From an uncultured Actinomycetota bacterium (GTDB lineage: Bacteria > Actinomycetota > Thermoleophilia > RBG-16-64-13): DNA of 64,000 nucleotides. Both the position numbers and the translations under genes were made by a program. The stretch is from assembly GCA_963736705.1 (NCBI GenBank), contig CAVTPV010000005.1:1391056-1455055 (forward strand). Direction: 5' to 3'. A model generated the notes under the pieces. That model was not told the DNA's origin. It did no database searches and saw nothing but the letters and a program-made list of their open reading frames with translations. Of this stretch, positions 63,012 to 64,000 are shown in pieces. How positions within the stretch are numbered: position 1 is the stretch's first letter; every line of letters starts with the position of its first letter.

Positions 63012-63021
63012 GGGAGCGGCG

Positions 63022-63040
63022 ACCCCCTCAGCGAGGGGGT
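63022..63040 (+). terminator. hairpin after paaK (7-bp stem, no U-tract)
   Basis: ACCCCCT / AGGGGGT with a CAGCG loop. Confidence 0.35.
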
Positions 63041-63092
63041 GCTGACGGCCCCGTGTCCGCTTCATCTGGTAGAGTGTGCGGACGGTTATTAG

Positions 63093-63114
63093 AGGGGCGC
63101 CCTGGGGCGCCCCT
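63093..63114 (+). promoter_or_regulatory. perfect 9-bp GC hairpin in the metK 5' region
   Basis: AGGGGCGCC / GGCGCCCCT with a CTGG loop, 27 nt upstream of the metK GTG. Confidence 0.3.
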
Positions 63115-63140
63115 GAGCAATAGTTCGGAGGTCAAGAGCG

Positions 63141-64000
63141 GTGCAGAACAATGAGTTCCTCTTCACGTCGGAGTCGGTGAGCGAAGGCCATCCCGACAAG
63201 ATCGCAGACCAGATCTCGGATGCGGTCCTCGACGCGGTGCTGCGCGACGATCCCACGGGCCATGTGGCCTGCGAGACCCTCATCACCACCGGCCTCGTGG
63301 TCGTGTCGGGTGAGATAACCACCACCACGTACGTCGACGTGCCGTCGCTCGTCCGCAAGACCATCGAGCGCATCGGCTACACCCGGGCCAAGTACGGCTT
63401 CGACGCCCACACGTGCGGCGTCATCACGGCCATCCACGAGCAGTCCCCCGACATCGCCCAGGGCGTCAACGCGGCTCTCGAGTCCCGCCTCGATCCCAAC
63501 GATCAGGACGCTCTCGATCTGCAGGGCGCCGGCGACCAGGGCATGATGTTCGGCTACGCGTGCAACGACTGCAGCGAGCTCATGCCGCTGCCCATCTCGC
63601 TGGCCCACAAGCTGGTGCATCGCCTGAGCGAAGTCCGCAAGGGCGCGTGTCGTCAACTACCTGCGGCCCGACAGCAAGAGCCAGGTGACGGTCAAGTACG
63701 TCGACGGCAAGCCGGACTTCATCACCGCGGTGGTCCTCTCCACGCAGCATGCCGACGGCATCGATATCGACACGCTCATGAGGCCCGACCTCATCGACCA
63801 CGTCATCAAGCCGGTCTTGCCGGCGGGCCTGTACGACCCGGAGTTCAAGAAGACCAAGCTGTTCGTCAACCCCACGGGCAAGTTCGTCATCGGCGGTCCC
63901 ATGGGCGACACCGGTCTCACCGGCCGCAAGATCATCGTGGACACCTACGGGGGCTGGGGCCGGCACGGCGGCGGCGCCTTCTCGGGCAAGGACCCGTCCA
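63141..64000 (+). CDS. metK: S-adenosylmethionine synthase, N-terminal about 285 codons (3' end outside window; 1 frameshift near 63645)
   Basis: [27 protein letters not shown], ...[12 protein letters not shown]..., ...[26 protein letters not shown] lies 9 nt upstream of the GTG. Confidence 0.95.
   Translation, partial: MQNNEFLFTSESVSEGHPDKIADQISDAVLDAVLRDDPTGHVACETLITTGLVVVSGEITTTTYVDVPSLVRKTIERIGYTRAKYGFDAHTCGVITAIHEQSPDIAQGVNAALESRLDPNDQDALDLQGAGDQGMMFGYACNDCSELMPLPISLAHKLVHRLSEVRKGACRQLPAARQQEPGDGQVRRRQAGLHHRGGPLHAACRRHRYRHAHEARPHRPRHQAGLAGGPVRPGVQEDQAVRQPHGQVRHRRSHGRHRSHRPQDHRGHLRGLGPARRRRLLGQGPV

Noticed and set aside
1-64000. CRISPR arrays, transposases, integrases, prophage or defence genes
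   Set aside because: Both strands were scanned through the ORF translations and the intergenic DNA. No repeat-spacer pattern, no DDE/tyrosine/serine recombinase motifs and no recognisable defence-system proteins were seen.
1-64000. Frameshifts as genuine pseudogenes or programmed frameshifting
   Set aside because: They hit indispensable genes (infB, recA, pnp, ftsK, rny, metK) at a similar density to accessory genes. Some are compensated pairs, and some sit at short homopolymers. Technical indels are the simpler explanation, although only read data can prove it.

Overview
High-GC bacterial chromosomal segment (about two-thirds G+C by eye), almost entirely coding. Most of it is a conserved housekeeping backbone. 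In order: rfbA(partial)-rfbC-GT2-rfbB-methyltransferase; rimP-nusA-ylxR-infB-DUF503-rbfA-nrnA-truB-ribF; a large secreted L,D-transpeptidase fusion; rpsO-pnp-M16 peptidase-dapB-rnj-ftsK; selU-rodZ-like-rimO-pgsA-thpR-recA-recX-rny-miaB-miaA-dapF-dapL-dut. After the accessory region come rnz, tRNA-Arg(CCG), lipB, a small zinc-ribbon ORF, a polysaccharide deacetylase, a DUF4015-like hydrolase, adenine deaminase, an ACT-livH-livM-livG-SBP-livF-paaK operon, and the 5' part of metK. The gene order mirrors the Bacillus/Clostridia nusA...pnp...ftsK...rodZ-pgsA-recA-rny block. That suggests a high-GC Bacillota-like or deep-branching Actinomycetota lineage, which cannot be settled without a database search. 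The only clearly accessory region is 37.2-50.2 kb, between dut and rnz. It is a 12.6 kb locus made almost only of type IV pilin-like genes: two paralogous major pilins, a TPR lipoprotein, and three ordered minor-pilin sets (V/I-like, W/J-like, X/K-like). Two of the V-like subunits carry large adhesin-type modules (IPT/TIG, FN3). No ATPase, platform protein, prepilin peptidase or PilY1 lies in the window. This is the best candidate for something new. Major caveat: nearly every long gene, including essential ones (infB, pnp, ftsK, recA, rny), is split across reading frames by single-base indels. By manual stitching there are on the order of 100 in 64 kb. This most likely reflects consensus errors in the assembly, not pseudogenisation. 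CDS coordinates below are therefore stitched spans, and many starts and ends are approximate. No rRNA, CRISPR array, transposase, integrase or phage genes were recognised.
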